From assembly GCF_027921745.1 (NCBI RefSeq), contig NC_079240.1, positions 1,860,001 to 1,924,000 of the forward strand: a stretch of 64,000 bases of DNA, written 5' to 3'. Shown here piece by piece: positions 22,288 to 34,900 of this stretch. This DNA is from Schizosaccharomyces osmophilus. Taxonomy: Eukaryota. Position 1 is the first letter of the stretch, and every line of letters starts with the position of its first letter. The notes beneath the pieces were generated by a model. That model made no database searches. It saw only the letters and a list, made by a program, of their open reading frames with translations, and had not been told where the DNA came from. The translations under genes were made by a program, and so were the position numbers.

Positions 22288-23823
22288 TCATGCTTCTGCA
22301 GCTGCTTCCGCCTGAGGAGCAGGATTATGCCAATGGGTATCAAGGTCCATTTCAGTGGTTGTCAAAAGTTTGGTGCGATGGGAAAGCTTCCAAACGAGAT
22401 ACAATCCCAAAACAAGAGGAATTTCTATGTAATAACTAAGAAAGAGAGAAAATTGGAAAGGAAAGAAACTCTTCCATCCTTGTACAAGGAGGAAAACAAC
22501 ATTCAAAATAATCACCAAATATGGTCCCACGGGATACGTCCAATTGGGAAACAAGAGTCGATGGGTTTTTGCTTGGGTACGTAAAGCTTTCCTGAATCGC
22601 AGACTAGTAACTCCAATAAATGTCCAAGACAATTGGTTGGAAACAGCAATAATGTTGAGTAAAAAGGACCATGTCTTTCCGGCGTGTGATGTCAACAAAC
22701 ACAAAATCGCAAGCGTACTAGTAGCCAACACTGCAAGCCATGGAACTCCATGACGATTGCATTTGGAAAAGACATTGGGTGCATGTCCAGCTCGCGCCAA
22801 GGAGTACAAAAGACGAGTGCCTGCAAACAGGGAATGATTGCCTGCTGAGAGAGCCGAGGATAGGATCACTGCATTCATCAAACTAGCCGCTCCGGGAACA
22901 CCAAACTTTTGGAAAACGAGTGTAAACGGGGACATCCGGACGGAATCGCCATTCAGGCCCGGTGTGTTGTATGGAATGTTGATACCGACAACCAAAACAC
23001 CAACAATATACAAGGTCAAAACACGAAACGACATCGACCTGATTGCCTTTGGTAAACTTTTAACTGGATTCAGGGCCTCGCCAGCAGCAATGGCAATCGA
23101 TTCCGTTCCGGCAAAAGCAAACGCCGCATTTACAAAGCTGCTTATAAACCCACCAAAACCATTGTGGAAAGCACCAGGCTCTTTCCAGTAGCGAAAGCCG
23201 ATAAACTCGTTTTCATTGTTGACTCCCATATTGGTGACAAGTCCAATCACGCAAAACAAAGCAACTGTAAACACCTTAATGGCTGCGAGCCAGTATTCAA
23301 TTTCGCCAAACCCGTCCACTGGAAGCATGTTCAATCCAACGTTGGCTAGAAGAGAGATGATAGGTGTAGCAGTGCGAACAATTTCTCTTGTACTGCGAAT
23401 CCCAAAACTCGTGGAGAAAGACGAATCTGCAACTGCCGATGTCGTGTCAGGAAGCCAAAAATCAACGAGCAATCGAGATGCTAACACGTGGCTTGCTAAT
23501 GCAATCGTATCGTTCAACCAGTAATTCCAAGTAAGAGCAAAGCTGAAAGATTCATCAACATAGTTTCCGACATATGTACAAAACGATCCTGCTACTGGCA
23601 TGTAGACGGCCATTTCGCCTAGCGCTAGCATGGTACAATACACGCTTACGCCAATGATGCAAAACGATAAAAGGAGAGCCGCAGGGCCTGAATCAGCTAG
23701 AGAAGATCCAATCCCTAAAAACAAGCCTGTGCCAATGGTTCCTCCAAAGGCAAGCATTTGGATTTGCCTTGCGCCCAAAGAGCGTCGTAAGGAATCCGAT
23801 TCTGCATTCGCACCTGGTTGCAT
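22288..23823 (-). CDS. Amino acid permease, APC/YAT family
   Basis: RQIQMLAFGGTIGTGLFLG, ALGEMA, FGEIEYW, AFAFAGTE, MSPFT, SALSAGN. Confidence 0.92.
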   Translation of the reverse strand: MQPGANAESDSLRRSLGARQIQMLAFGGTIGTGLFLGIGSSLADSGPAALLLSFCIIGVSVYCTMLALGEMAVYMPVAGSFCTYVGNYVDESFSFALTWNYWLNDTIALASHVLASRLLVDFWLPDTTSAVADSSFSTSFGIRSTREIVRTATPIISLLANVGLNMLPVDGFGEIEYWLAAIKVFTVALFCVIGLVTNMGVNNENEFIGFRYWKEPGAFHNGFGGFISSFVNAAFAFAGTESIAIAAGEALNPVKSLPKAIRSMSFRVLTLYIVGVLVVGINIPYNTPGLNGDSVRMSPFTLVFQKFGVPGAASLMNAVILSSALSAGNHSLFAGTRLLYSLARAGHAPNVFSKCNRHGVPWLAVLATSTLAILCLLTSHAGKTWSFLLNIIAVSNQLSWTFIGVTSLRFRKALRTQAKTHRLLFPNWTYPVGPYLVIILNVVFLLVQGWKSFFPFQFSLFLSYYIEIPLVLGLYLVWKLSHRTKLLTTTEMDLDTHWHNPAPQAEAAAEA

Positions 23824-25115
23824 AAAGAAAATAGATGTAAAGAAATCTCCAATTCAAATATATAGAAGAGAAAGTAAATTAATGGATGGTTATATAGACT
23901 TGATTCCTTTGTTCGTTTTCGTAGACGGTAAAGGAAGTACAATAAAGATTGACTGATATCACAAGAGCAATAAAGCACCACAAAAAAAGACCACTGATTC
24001 TATACATTCATCTTTTTAAAAAAATATATAATTTCTCAGTCCCTTTTTAAAAATGAAAAGAAACGCGTCTATCGTACAAACATTCCGAATTGAACATTCA
24101 ATATAATATAAACAAACCAAAAATTCCTTCATCAAAAGGAAACAAGATTTGAACGGTAATGATATGCAAATTGAATCGTATTGTTTTATTGGACGGACCG
24201 GAAATTGTTTTTTTCGTGTGGTTGTAGCAAGTCATTGACTAGAAACAAAATTGAACTCTTTGTTTACAAGAAAAAGGTCCCTTGGAAAAAATAGTTCAAT
24301 TACCAAGGTTCTTTCCGTATATACTAAGCAGCTGTATATAGGTTTTTTTATCATTCCCTTGTGTGTTCATCAATCAATGAAATTTGGAATTCCCATTTTC
24401 TCTTTAGTGAGTCATATTTTATACACTTTGTAGCAATATAGCCATGTAGTGTAATATCCAAAATGAAAGAGTTATTACTGAAAATGTTTTTATTATTCTT
24501 TACAAATTCATTCTCCTGTAACTTGTGAATCGTTCAGAGGTCGAATTTCAGCTACTGTAGATGCAGCATCGGAGAACCCTCCTACAAACAATTCTTGATT
24601 CACAAATATTCATACAGAGGCTGGTAAATGATGTTTCAAAATCGACCGAATTGGAGAGACCTTGCTCCTTCTTTATACAAATGATCCTGGACTCAAAAAA
24701 GAAACAAAAACAAAAAAAAAAAAACACTCTTGACATCATCAACGTTAAACATGAAGAATCATACCGAAAAAAGATTACAAGAGAAGCGTATCATTGCATT
24801 AAGATCATACTTTGCGAAAAGTTATGACACGAAGCCGTTTATACATATTATAGACATTCACTAACCCATTGGCCTTGAAAAAGAATTCCAGCTCTGGTAG
24901 TTCCAAAAGTAAAAAACTCTCATTTTTATAATAGGTCCCAGGACAATTAATCCGCTGCTGTAAGCCACTTGGTAACACGATTATGTAGGTATTTCTTCGC
25001 TAGAAATGTTTGACATACAATTGCTCCACTCTGGGAACAACCTGCTTATAGATGTTTTCTTTTCATTCTGCAAACTGGGTAAAACAGTTTTTGAAAAAAA
25101 AAAAAAGAGAGTTGA

Positions 25116-25210
25116 CGACAACGGCAGGATTCGAACCTGCGCTCCCAGAGGGAATCCGCTGGGCTACTTGATAGCAGGCGAACGCCTTAAAACCACTCGG
25201 CCACGTTGTC
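25116..25210 (-). tRNA. tRNA-Ser(GCT), with ~11-nt intron
   Basis: GACAACG/CGTTGTC stem, TGGCCGAGTGG, anticodon GCT followed by intron TCAAGTAGCCC, long variable arm, GGTTCGAATCC. Confidence 0.92.
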
Positions 25211-25805
25211 TTTCTTGGAGTACTTATTTGTAAAATAATATTTATTGAAAAAGTGCAAAATAAAAGAATGGATTGTGCTTGTACAAGTCATTGTGTACGG
25301 TTTAAGCTGTCTTTTGCTACATTTTCATTTTCCAGATGCTTTCTTTGTACTCTACAAAGAGAGAAGTTCTACGGGTTCAAAGGGCTACTTAGAACAGCTT
25401 TACTTTGGTGGTGCTTTCCAGCAATACGAAAAGGATGTAAGGACGAACACGTAAACGAATCATATAGAATTATATTAAACAACAAAAAACAGAAATGAAA
25501 ACCTTCCAAGTAGTATATAGTTGGGTATTAAAGAACGGATATATCAATTAAGAACAGACTTACGAAAAGCCAGTCTACAGGGCACCAACACTTCAAATAG
25601 GATACGTATAGTTCAAAGATTTGAACCATAAAGGGGATTCCCAACGCAGCCAGAGGATAGTATGGACATAGGAACAGTTTTCTTTTTCTTTTTATTTTTT
25701 CATGAAAAGTTAAGTAAGAAACGACTTTGACGATTTTGTTTTCGTTACAAAGTATACAACGATTGGGACAAACAAGATGAACAACAAAAAATGGATATAG
25801 CTTCT

Positions 25806-27254
25806 TTATACAACAACAGAAGGATCTTGAGAACTCATATCCTTTTCTTCTTGGCGAGTTCTCTCTTTTGTGGATTCGTTGCTTTCTTGGCGAGCATTGA
25901 CTTCAATACCATGCGACAAGGCCGGTGGTTCTTCTGAGAATTTGTACGAAGTTTCTCCAATTTCCACATTATCCAAACCCAGCACTTCATCGTCGCGAGA
26001 AACACGGAGAGAAAGTCCGGGAATGTAATTCATGATATATAACAAGGCACAAGAAAGGACAAAGGAATAGGCTGCACAAGAAACCGTATCGGCCAATTGG
26101 TAACCCAGCTGGATATAGTGATGGGACAACCAACCGCCCTTGTTTCCAGTAGACCCATCTAAGGATTGGATATAGTCAGCGGAGAAAAGAGCTGTCAGGA
26201 TGTTGCCAACCATACCGCCGACAGCGTGTTCGGCAAAAATGTCCAACGCATCATCCACACGGATGAGTCGTTTCAGGTAAGTAGCTCCATAGCAGGCAGA
26301 TGCGCCGATGCCTCCGATGACCACAGCAGCCCAAGGAGGTACGAAACCGGATCCCGGGGTAATAGCGACCAAACCGGCGACAGCACCACAGCAAAAACCG
26401 ACGGCAGACCAGTGACGGGTCTTGATATAATCCCAAAAGCACCAAACGATGCCACCAATAGAAGCTGCGATGTGAGTGACCACGCAAGCCATAACGGCTC
26501 TAATATTGGCAGAACCAGCAGAGCCACCATTGAATCCAAACCAACCGAACCAAAGCAAGACAGTACCCAAGACGACATGGGGAACGTTATGGGGACGGTA
26601 TTGAACAGTGCCATGGTCGTGTCTCTTGCCAACCACGATGGAATAAGCAAGAGCCGTCATACCAGAAGCGATGTGGACGGGAGAACCACCAGCGAAATCG
26701 TAGGAGCCTAGAGTACTGAGCCAGCCCTTAGGATTCCAGGTCCAAAACGCAATTGGGTCGTAAACGATCGTGCTCCAGAGAAAGACAAAGACGAGGCAAG
26801 GCAACATTCGACCCCGGTCGGCGGCGGCACCGATAGCCAAAGCAGGAGTGAGGGCAGCAAACATGCCTTGGTAGATGCAAAACAAAATGTCGGGAAGTCC
26901 AGCAGCGACACTAGAAGGTCTACCGAGAGTTTGACGCAAGCCAAAGTTTGCCAAAGATCCAATATAAGGACCACCGTTGTGGGAAAAGGTGAGAGAATAT
27001 CCCCAAAAGAACCATTGGAAGGCAATAACAGCGACCGACATCATGGAAAGGAAGAGCATAGAAATGGCGCTTCTGCGACGGGCCAAGCCAGAGTAAAAGA
27101 ACCCTACACCGGGAATCATGATAAACACGAGGGCTGTACTAGCGAGGATCCAAGAAATATCACCACCATCGTAGAATTGGTTCAAGTCGACAGTTCTAGA
27201 GTCTCCTCCATTGACGCCGCTTGGCGTAGGCGTAGCACTTGTCGTCGAAGACAT
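25806..27254 (-). CDS. amt1: Ammonium transporter (Amt/Mep)
   Basis: FYSGLARR, DFAGGSPVH, LWFGWFGFNGGS, AGLVAITP, DDALDIFAEH; symbol assigned from recalled synteny. Confidence 0.93.
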   Translation of the reverse strand: MSSTTSATPTPSGVNGGDSRTVDLNQFYDGGDISWILASTALVFIMIPGVGFFYSGLARRRSAISMLFLSMMSVAVIAFQWFFWGYSLTFSHNGGPYIGSLANFGLRQTLGRPSSVAAGLPDILFCIYQGMFAALTPALAIGAAADRGRMLPCLVFVFLWSTIVYDPIAFWTWNPKGWLSTLGSYDFAGGSPVHIASGMTALAYSIVVGKRHDHGTVQYRPHNVPHVVLGTVLLWFGWFGFNGGSAGSANIRAVMACVVTHIAASIGGIVWCFWDYIKTRHWSAVGFCCGAVAGLVAITPGSGFVPPWAAVVIGGIGASACYGATYLKRLIRVDDALDIFAEHAVGGMVGNILTALFSADYIQSLDGSTGNKGGWLSHHYIQLGYQLADTVSCAAYSFVLSCALLYIMNYIPGLSLRVSRDDEVLGLDNVEIGETSYKFSEEPPALSHGIEVNARQESNESTKERTRQEEKDMSSQDPSVVV

Positions 27255-27584
27255 GATAAATCAATGAAATCGGGAATCAAAAATTGAATGATAACGAATA
27301 GAAAATAAGGCGAAAATAGCAAAATGATTATGAAATCGATTGGAATATGCAATAGCTGTTGATTCTTTCTACGTTTCCAAAGCAGCAAGTATTTACTAAG
27401 GCCGGTTTGTGTCACGAAAACAGCGATACGGAACAAAGTATCCAAAAGCAATTTAGATTCCTAAAGCACTGCCTAAAATGTATTTACAAAGTACGGTCTA
27501 AAACCAAGAGAAACACCCTTGTAAACACGGGTCCCATATCCGCTGTTTATATCACGTACAAAATACGTGGTCGAGGTTAATCGC

Positions 27585-28186
27585 GATAAGCAAGAGATAA
27601 GCAGTATCTTTAACGATTTTGATTGGGAAGCTTATCTTCGCTTGCCGCAATGAAAACCCAAATAAGATAGAGAACTGCGACCGATAATGACATCATTAAT
27701 GATAGTGGGAATCTTCCGGACCAAGGTACGTTGGCCTCCAAGGTACATTGGATTGAGCAGTGGATCGCAGGTCCTTAAAGACTCTTCAGGTGTGGTAAAG
27801 TGGGTTACTGAGGAGAAACGGTTTCGTACGTTGGTAAACAAGAAATGATTCTTGTTGAGTAGCAGGTAGGCTAAAGCAAAGGGAAGAGAGGGAAGGGAAG
27901 TGTGCTGGAGCGACCCTGAAGACATTGCTATGGATGTAGTAATGTTACGACGTTGGTGATACTGCAAGGACTCTCGACGCAGTAGAAAGAGATAAAGACT
28001 TGAAGCAAAGCATATTTTGACGAAAAAGTTGCTGCAAAAAAACCACTGCACCGTGGAACTTGCAATGATAGCTTGACCAAAAAGTAGCTTCTTCCTCAAT
28101 CGTCTTTAGAATTCGTCTCACTAGTTTACCATACGGTACTTTTCACACATCACTGTCTCTCCCGATTTTCATGGCCTACTGATAAG
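27585..28186. promoter_or_regulatory. GATA-site array in the amt1 / ACT-permease divergent promoter
   Basis: GATAAG 27585, 27596 and 28181; CTTATC 27631; GATAAT 27683; GATAAA 27991. Confidence 0.7.
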
Positions 28187-28567
28187 AAAGGCTACCACCA
28201 CACCAAGACACCAGATAGATTTGATCAAGACAAGAGTGCAGATATCTGAGCGATGAAGTTTCCATTTCTTTGGATTTCCATATAAAATGTACATGACTGC
28301 AACGAATTGCTATTTTTGGAAACTTCGTCTTGGTTCCTTTCCTTTGTTGTACTTGTAGTATTGTACTGTTGAAGGATTTTTCCTTTCATTTCCATTGTTA
28401 GATTCTACTTTTATTCTTTTTTTATTTTTTTGAAACCATCTCTGGTTTGACACGACTCATCTTTATTTTTACAAACGATCTACAAGCAGATATTGATTGT
28501 ATGGCGCCTTTGTTTTCTATATTGTAATTCCATTTTCTACAAGAAATTATTACAACGCTGTTCCACG

Positions 28568-30232
28568 ATGGCTAGTCAAAGCTCGGACGCATCGTTTCCG
28601 CACCCCAAAGCCTCCTCGCATCCCTCCTCTACCTTGGGAATTCCTGAAAAGGCAAGCTCCGGCATCGATATCGAGGTAGGCGCTCCCGCCAATGAGACCG
28701 ACAACCCCGAGGATTTGGGCAAGTTGGGCTACAAACAAGAATTTCATCGCAACTTGTCCTTGTTCAGTGTCTTTTCCATATCATTCTCTTTGCTAGGCTT
28801 ATTGCCATCGGTCGCTACCACCATGACTTATAACCTCGGCTACGTTGGCTCGCCCGGTCTTGTTTGGGGTTGGATCATCGCCATTGCCCTCGTCGAATGC
28901 GTGGCCCTCAGTATGGCTGAACTTTGCTCTTCCATGCCTACCTCCGGCGGTCTCTATTATGCTGCTGCTGTCCTCGCTCCTAAGGGTTGGGGCCCTTTTG
29001 CCTCTTGGGTTACCGGCTGGTCCAATTACCTTGGCCAACTCATCGGCGGCCCTTCCATTAATTACTCCACGGCTTCCATGCTTCTCGGTGCCGTTTCCGT
29101 CGCCCGTCCTTCCTACACACCATCCAACTACCAGCTCTTTCTCGTTACCCTCCTCATTACTGCAATCAACGCCTTCATCGCTTCCTTGCCCACCAAGCTC
29201 ATTGCCCGTTTCAATTCCGTCAGCACCTACCTAAACACCCTCTTTCTCTTCATCACCATCATTGTCATCTTAGCTTTTGCCGGCAAAAACCATGGTTTCA
29301 ATGAGACCCATGCCGTCTGGGGCGATATCACCAACTACACTGACTGGCCTGACGGGTTTGCCGTCATCATGTCCTTTTGCGGTGCTATTTGGACCATGTC
29401 TGGCTACGATGCTCCTTTTCACATGAGTGAAGAAACCGCTAATGCCAGTGTCAATGCCCCCCGCGGTATCGTCCTTACCGCTACCATCGGTGGCCTTATG
29501 GGTTGGGTCATGCAATTGGTCATTGCCTACACAATGGTTGATCAAAATACCGTCGTCCATACCGATTCTTCCATGTGGGCTACCTACTTGTCCCAGGTTA
29601 TGTCCCAAAAGGCCGCCATCGCCATCATCTCCCTTACTGTCGTCTCATCCTTCATCATGGGCCAGGGAAATGCCATCGCCTGTTCTCGTATCGCTTACTC
29701 GTATGCCCGTGATGGTGTATTGCCATTCTCCGGCACGTTTGCCAAGGTCAATTCCAAGACAAAAACACCAGTCAACGCTGTCCTTTTGGATTTTAGTTTT
29801 CACGTATGCGTCTTGTTATTGATCTTTGCTGGTGGTGTCACCATTGATGCCGTCTTTTCCGTTACTGCCATCGGTGCTTTTGTCGCTTTTACCACCCCCA
29901 TCTGTATGCGTGTCTTCTTCAAAGACAATAATTTCCGTCCTGGCCCATGGAACCTAGGCAAGTTTTCCCGTGTCATTGGTGCTTTGGCATGCTTTTTTGT
30001 AGCCCTCATGATTCCTGTGCTATGCTTCCCTACTGTTAAAAAGCCTGCTCCAGTGGACATGAATTGGACTTGTCTGGTATTTGGTGGTCCCATGACGTTG
30101 ATTATCCTTTGGTATGTTGTTTCTGCCAGAAAATGGTTCAAGGGTCCTCGTACAAGTACCGACAACACTTATATTGTCGAGGGTGTCGAACCCGTTCGTT
30201 CATCTTCCGCATCCGTCTCTACCAAAAAATAA
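28568..30232 (+). CDS. Amino acid/GABA/polyamine permease, APC/ACT (Uga4-like) family
   Basis: ATG 28568; LGYKQEF, SMAELCSSMPTSGGLY, GYDAPFHMSEET, SRIAYSYARDG, DMNWT, ARKWFKGP. Confidence 0.92.
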   Translation: MASQSSDASFPHPKASSHPSSTLGIPEKASSGIDIEVGAPANETDNPEDLGKLGYKQEFHRNLSLFSVFSISFSLLGLLPSVATTMTYNLGYVGSPGLVWGWIIAIALVECVALSMAELCSSMPTSGGLYYAAAVLAPKGWGPFASWVTGWSNYLGQLIGGPSINYSTASMLLGAVSVARPSYTPSNYQLFLVTLLITAINAFIASLPTKLIARFNSVSTYLNTLFLFITIIVILAFAGKNHGFNETHAVWGDITNYTDWPDGFAVIMSFCGAIWTMSGYDAPFHMSEETANASVNAPRGIVLTATIGGLMGWVMQLVIAYTMVDQNTVVHTDSSMWATYLSQVMSQKAAIAIISLTVVSSFIMGQGNAIACSRIAYSYARDGVLPFSGTFAKVNSKTKTPVNAVLLDFSFHVCVLLLIFAGGVTIDAVFSVTAIGAFVAFTTPICMRVFFKDNNFRPGPWNLGKFSRVIGALACFFVALMIPVLCFPTVKKPAPVDMNWTCLVFGGPMTLIILWYVVSARKWFKGPRTSTDNTYIVEGVEPVRSSSASVSTKK

Positions 30233-30687
30233 ATTTATCCTTCCCATTCATCCATCCCTTCTTTTCTAGAGTGGCTCTTCGATTTAGCCAAACTTGTTTC
30301 CCTAAAGTAATACTCTTTTCTGTTCTGTTATTATTAATTATTGATGGTTCCTATAATTACGTTTTCTCTTCTTTGCATCTTCCTTCTTTGTTTCCAATGG
30401 CTTTTGTACGTAGCTACTTTTTGTTTATGAATTCAATGCTTCTTGTTCCTTTTAATTATACGTATTGAAAAGCTATAAATCTTGTCTTTTTCAAGGTATT
30501 TCTTTCTGTAAACAAAGGTATTTTTCTAAATATGATAAATATGATTTTACCCTCAAACTTCGGAAAACCCAAACCAAAATCCTGAGCAACCTTATTTTCT
30601 TTTCATGAATTCAGAGTTATTAAGTTTTTTTCTATTTCATCTACAATTAAAATTGTAGCGTTACTTCCCTTCTACTTTGCGTTTTCC

Positions 30688-30720
30688 ACCTACCCTTTGT
30701 TTACACAAAAAGCAGTCACA
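30688..30720 (+). promoter_or_regulatory. Homol E-like (ACCTACCCT) and Homol D (CAGTCACA 30713-30720) boxes of rpl27
   Basis: Motif matches 69-100 bp upstream of the ATG. Confidence 0.85.
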
Positions 30721-30788
30721 ATTCTGAATCCAAAATCCTCACAATTTTTTGAGGTGCGTACACCCAACCACAAACACATAGTAACAAG

Positions 30789-31256
30789 ATGGCGAAGATT
30801 TTTAAACCAGGAAAGGTAAGATTTAATTGAAAAAAAATGCGGCCGTCTGGATCATAAACTGACAAGTTTTAGGTTGCATTAGTCACTCGTGGTCGTTTTG
30901 CCGGTAAGAAGGTTGTCATCCTTCAAAACCTCGACCAAGGCACCAAGGCCCACCCTTTCAGTCATGCTGTTGTTGCTGGTGTTGAGCGTTATCCTTTGAA
31001 GGTCACCAAGTCTATGGGTGCCAAGCGTATTGCCAAGCGCTCTCGCGTAAAGCCTTTCGTCAGAGTTGTTAACTTCAACCACTTGATGCCCACTCGTTAC
31101 GCCCTTGAGCTTGACAGCCTTAAGGGACTTGTCTCTGCTGAGACCTTCAAGGAACCTTCCCAGCGCTCTGCCGCCAAGAAGGTCGTCAAGAAGACTTTTG
31201 AAGAGAAGTACCAAACCGGAAAGTCCGCCTGGTTCTTCACCCCTTTGCGCTTCTAA
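30789..31256 (+). CDS. rpl27: 60S ribosomal protein L27 (eL27); exons 30789-30815, 30873-31256
   Basis: MAKIFKPGK^[48 protein letters not shown] intron. Confidence 0.96.
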
Positions 31257-31990
31257 GAGCGTTAGCAAAAATTATTTTTGTTAAATTGCATTAGGCCCTA
31301 GGTTTAAAACTTGTTGCTATGAATACAATCTCTTTTAGAGGCAATACTTGTTACTCGTGGACTGTTGAAATTTTTTGAGTGTTAAATTAAAATATCTTTC
31401 TTGTGTATCATTTAAAACAATCCTTTTCATTACCGAGTACAGAAAAACTTCTTTTTTTAGAGGAACAGCTTGCCGATTTGGCAGTGCAGTTCTTTTAAAG
31501 GTAAAAGAACCGTGCAATTGGCAACCCATCATTGAATAGGTGTGTGCGCACACACAGGTAGTCAAATTGCTATAGCTGTAAATCTGATATCCATCGTACT
31601 TTGTTGCTTTCTCATCAATACAACGAACATTCTATGCAATGAATTTGTTGGAGCTGCTAGCAAGAGTTGTCAACATGTAGGGTCAATCATTAGACCCATA
31701 TGTGAAACCAATGTCGCTCTATATTTTTCCAAAACAATTTATTCTCCTTAAAAATTACGATAAGTGCACTAAAAATTTTTTTTCTTCTTCACATGCTAAA
31801 GTTTCGTCCTGGTGATGGAATGCATTACTGTTCTCCAAAATTCTGTCGAGCGCAACTTCTACAAATTTCGCCAAGAGTTGGTAATTCTTGATTCTGAGGA
31901 ACTCATTTTTAAACTGTTTAGTTATTAATCTTTGTAAAATAATTTTTACACGATAATCATGTGAGAAGAGAGCCATCGAGTGCTTTTGAG

Positions 31991-34900
31991 ATGCATTCAA
32001 AAAACGAGCTCCGCAATTGCGTAGCTTTAGCCCTTTCTAGCATACTAAAGTATACGCTTGAACCAGAACCATTTGAGGAAGTATACGAAGTTGATAATAC
32101 TTATTCCCTATACGCTGGATTTGAACTAGCTAGTAATCGTAGGGTGATTGCTAAATTTTCTACCCAGACAGCTCGCATAGAAGCAGAATACCAGTTATTT
32201 TGTGACTTATCGAAAGATGAGCGTGGTCGTAAATTTGTTTCTGTTCCCATCGAATTTATTGAGTTCTCACACATAGATTTATCAGCCCACGTTTGTTTAG
32301 ATGCTGGGCATCGAGATACATTGTCTACTTTTTATGATTATTTTCGGAATAATCCTATTAACTATATTCGTTACTGTATTTCCGTCTGCCGATGCGTCGA
32401 ATTCTTACACTCAAAAGATATTGTTCATGGCGAAATCCGAACCGATTCCTTTCGCCCTATAAATAGTTACAAGGATGTAATAATGTTGAATATTGGCAGC
32501 GGAGCAAGCTCATTCCATAATTACTTGCAGGCTTACAACTGGCGGCGGTTTTACGAAGATTCTCAATCTATGTCGAGAATAACTTTTATAAGTCCTGAGC
32601 AGACAGGGCGAACGTCGTACCCGGTGAATCACAGAACGGATATTTACAGTTTAGGAATATTGTTCTACAATTGTTTAGCTGGCGGTTATCTTCATCAACC
32701 TTCCTTTATCCAAACAATTCGCGCCATTCTTACTGAAGATTTACCAAGTATTGTCGATACTTGTCCAAAAATCCCCAAAACTATATTTAAGATAATAGAG
32801 AAGATGACAAAAAAGAATCCCAACGACAGATACACTTCTTGCTCGAGTATCTTGGCTGACCTCGAAATTTGTTACGAAAATTTGGTAAACGGAATTACTG
32901 GTGGAGAAGGAAATTTTCAAAATACAACTTATACATCCCTATTTATGCTTCCTTCTTCTACATATGGTCGCGAACGTGAAATTGAAAAAGTAAAATCTGT
33001 TCTGCGTCACACCGAGTCAACTTCCTTACCTATAGATTCTCCTTCTTTCCAAAATCCACAAAATAGTCACAATGATCATATTGTTGTTATATTAATTACT
33101 GGTTCTGAAGGAGTCGGTAAAGCTACATTCATTCAAGATGTTTGTAGTAGGAAGGAAGGATACATTGCCATTACAAAATGTGAACCATCAAAGTCTTTTT
33201 TAGATTCTGCGTTAATTTCTGGAATTGCTCAACTAATTTTACAACTGCTTGCTGAGAATCAGCATTTAGTACATGATTTTTTTTACAAGTTGAAGAATTC
33301 TTTGAAAGGAGATTTGAGTCTTTTAAACTCGGTTTTTGACATAGTTCCCGAAGTAAAGCCGTTTCTTCAAAAGAATCCTTATATTGGCGAAATAGCTTTT
33401 TTGTCAACTTCATCGAATGAATCCATGAAGTCTTCATCATCCACTGGTCGCAGTCTTAGTGGCCAAGAGATTCAACATGATCCTGATCAGAGAACCCAAT
33501 TTGGTCATCAAATTTCTTTTTCTAGTGCCTTGATTACTTTACTTACAATGATTTCTTCTATTAAGCGGTCGACCATTGTTATCAAAAACATTCATTATGC
33601 TGACGAACTATCAATCGACATTCTGGAATGTCTGATTCGTTGTAACGTTCCAGTAAGCTTGGTTTTAACATGCGATGATTCTTGTGTTGATTTGCTTGGA
33701 AATTTCCTTTCCCTGTCTCATTATGTTCAGGAAGTGAGACTTAAACCCCTGGGCTTTGATGCAGTAAATGCTTACGTTCAGACAACACTTCACCGTGTTG
33801 ATGAAGACTTGTTTCCGTTCACTTCCTATGTTTATCATGTTTGTAAAGGTAATCCCCTTTTGATGAGAGATTTATTATTAGAGCTTCACAACAAAAAAAT
33901 TATATATTTTGACTGGAAAACCCATCAATGGTCAATAAACTATGATGATATAAATTTGTTCAGCCCTGAAAGTTACAATATCAATGTCGATTCGTACTCA
34001 GTCACAAAACTTTCTAGTTTACCTGAACATTGTCGTTGTTTCTTGGCTTGGGCTAGTATGATGGGTTCATGGTTTTCGTTTGAAACTGTACGAAAGCTTT
34101 GCCAGGAAGCCGAAGACTTTGATTTTGACAACGAGTCCTTGGATTTATTGCTTAGAAAAGGAATCATATATGCCACTTCGACTAGCTCATATTCATTTTC
34201 TCGCGGAAGTTACAAGAAAACCATTAACTCTTTTTACAGTGAAGAAAAATTACAACGTATGCATGCACGCCTATTTGAAATGTGTATTCATAATCGAGAT
34301 CAGTATGGTCTATTCGATATTGCTTGTCATATCGATGCAGCTTTTGAATACATTAAGACTGAAGATAACTCAACATTAAACTTTACTTACCTTTACCTCG
34401 CTGCCGAAGAAGCTCTTAATATAGGAGCAAATAAGAAAGCACTTAATTTATATAATAGGTGCATTGAAATACTTCCATATAAATCTTATAGTAGGGACAA
34501 TGATGATGAGAGAAAACAGATGATTCGAATTTATAACGGTTGCGCTCAAGCTAATTTGGTTAACAATAATGCAGGGGCGGCCATGAAGATGATAGTGTTG
34601 GCTGAATCCGAATCCAGTAATACAACTGAGGCTTTTAAATCTAGAATTTTACGTTGCCGGATCCTATTTGAAGATGCGCGCATCGATGAGTCCCTTTCTC
34701 TTGTTTTAGAGTACTTATCTCAACTAGATTTTACTGTGGAAAAGTATGATATGGAAGATTCGAAGAGAATTATGAAATCTTTTATTCCGAAAGTTTTAAA
34801 ATATGTGGAAGAGGAAAGAAACATTGATTTTGAAAATGCAGTTACACTAGACGACCGCCGTATTGAAATTTTGTACTTCTTGTTTCAGGGTTTCGCTGCA

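Noticed and set aside
27632..28099. 155-aa ORF in the amt1 promoter; also 15456-15908, 11770-12439 and 31755-32000
   Set aside because: Mostly non-ATG starts, low-complexity composition, overlap with regulatory DNA and no family features
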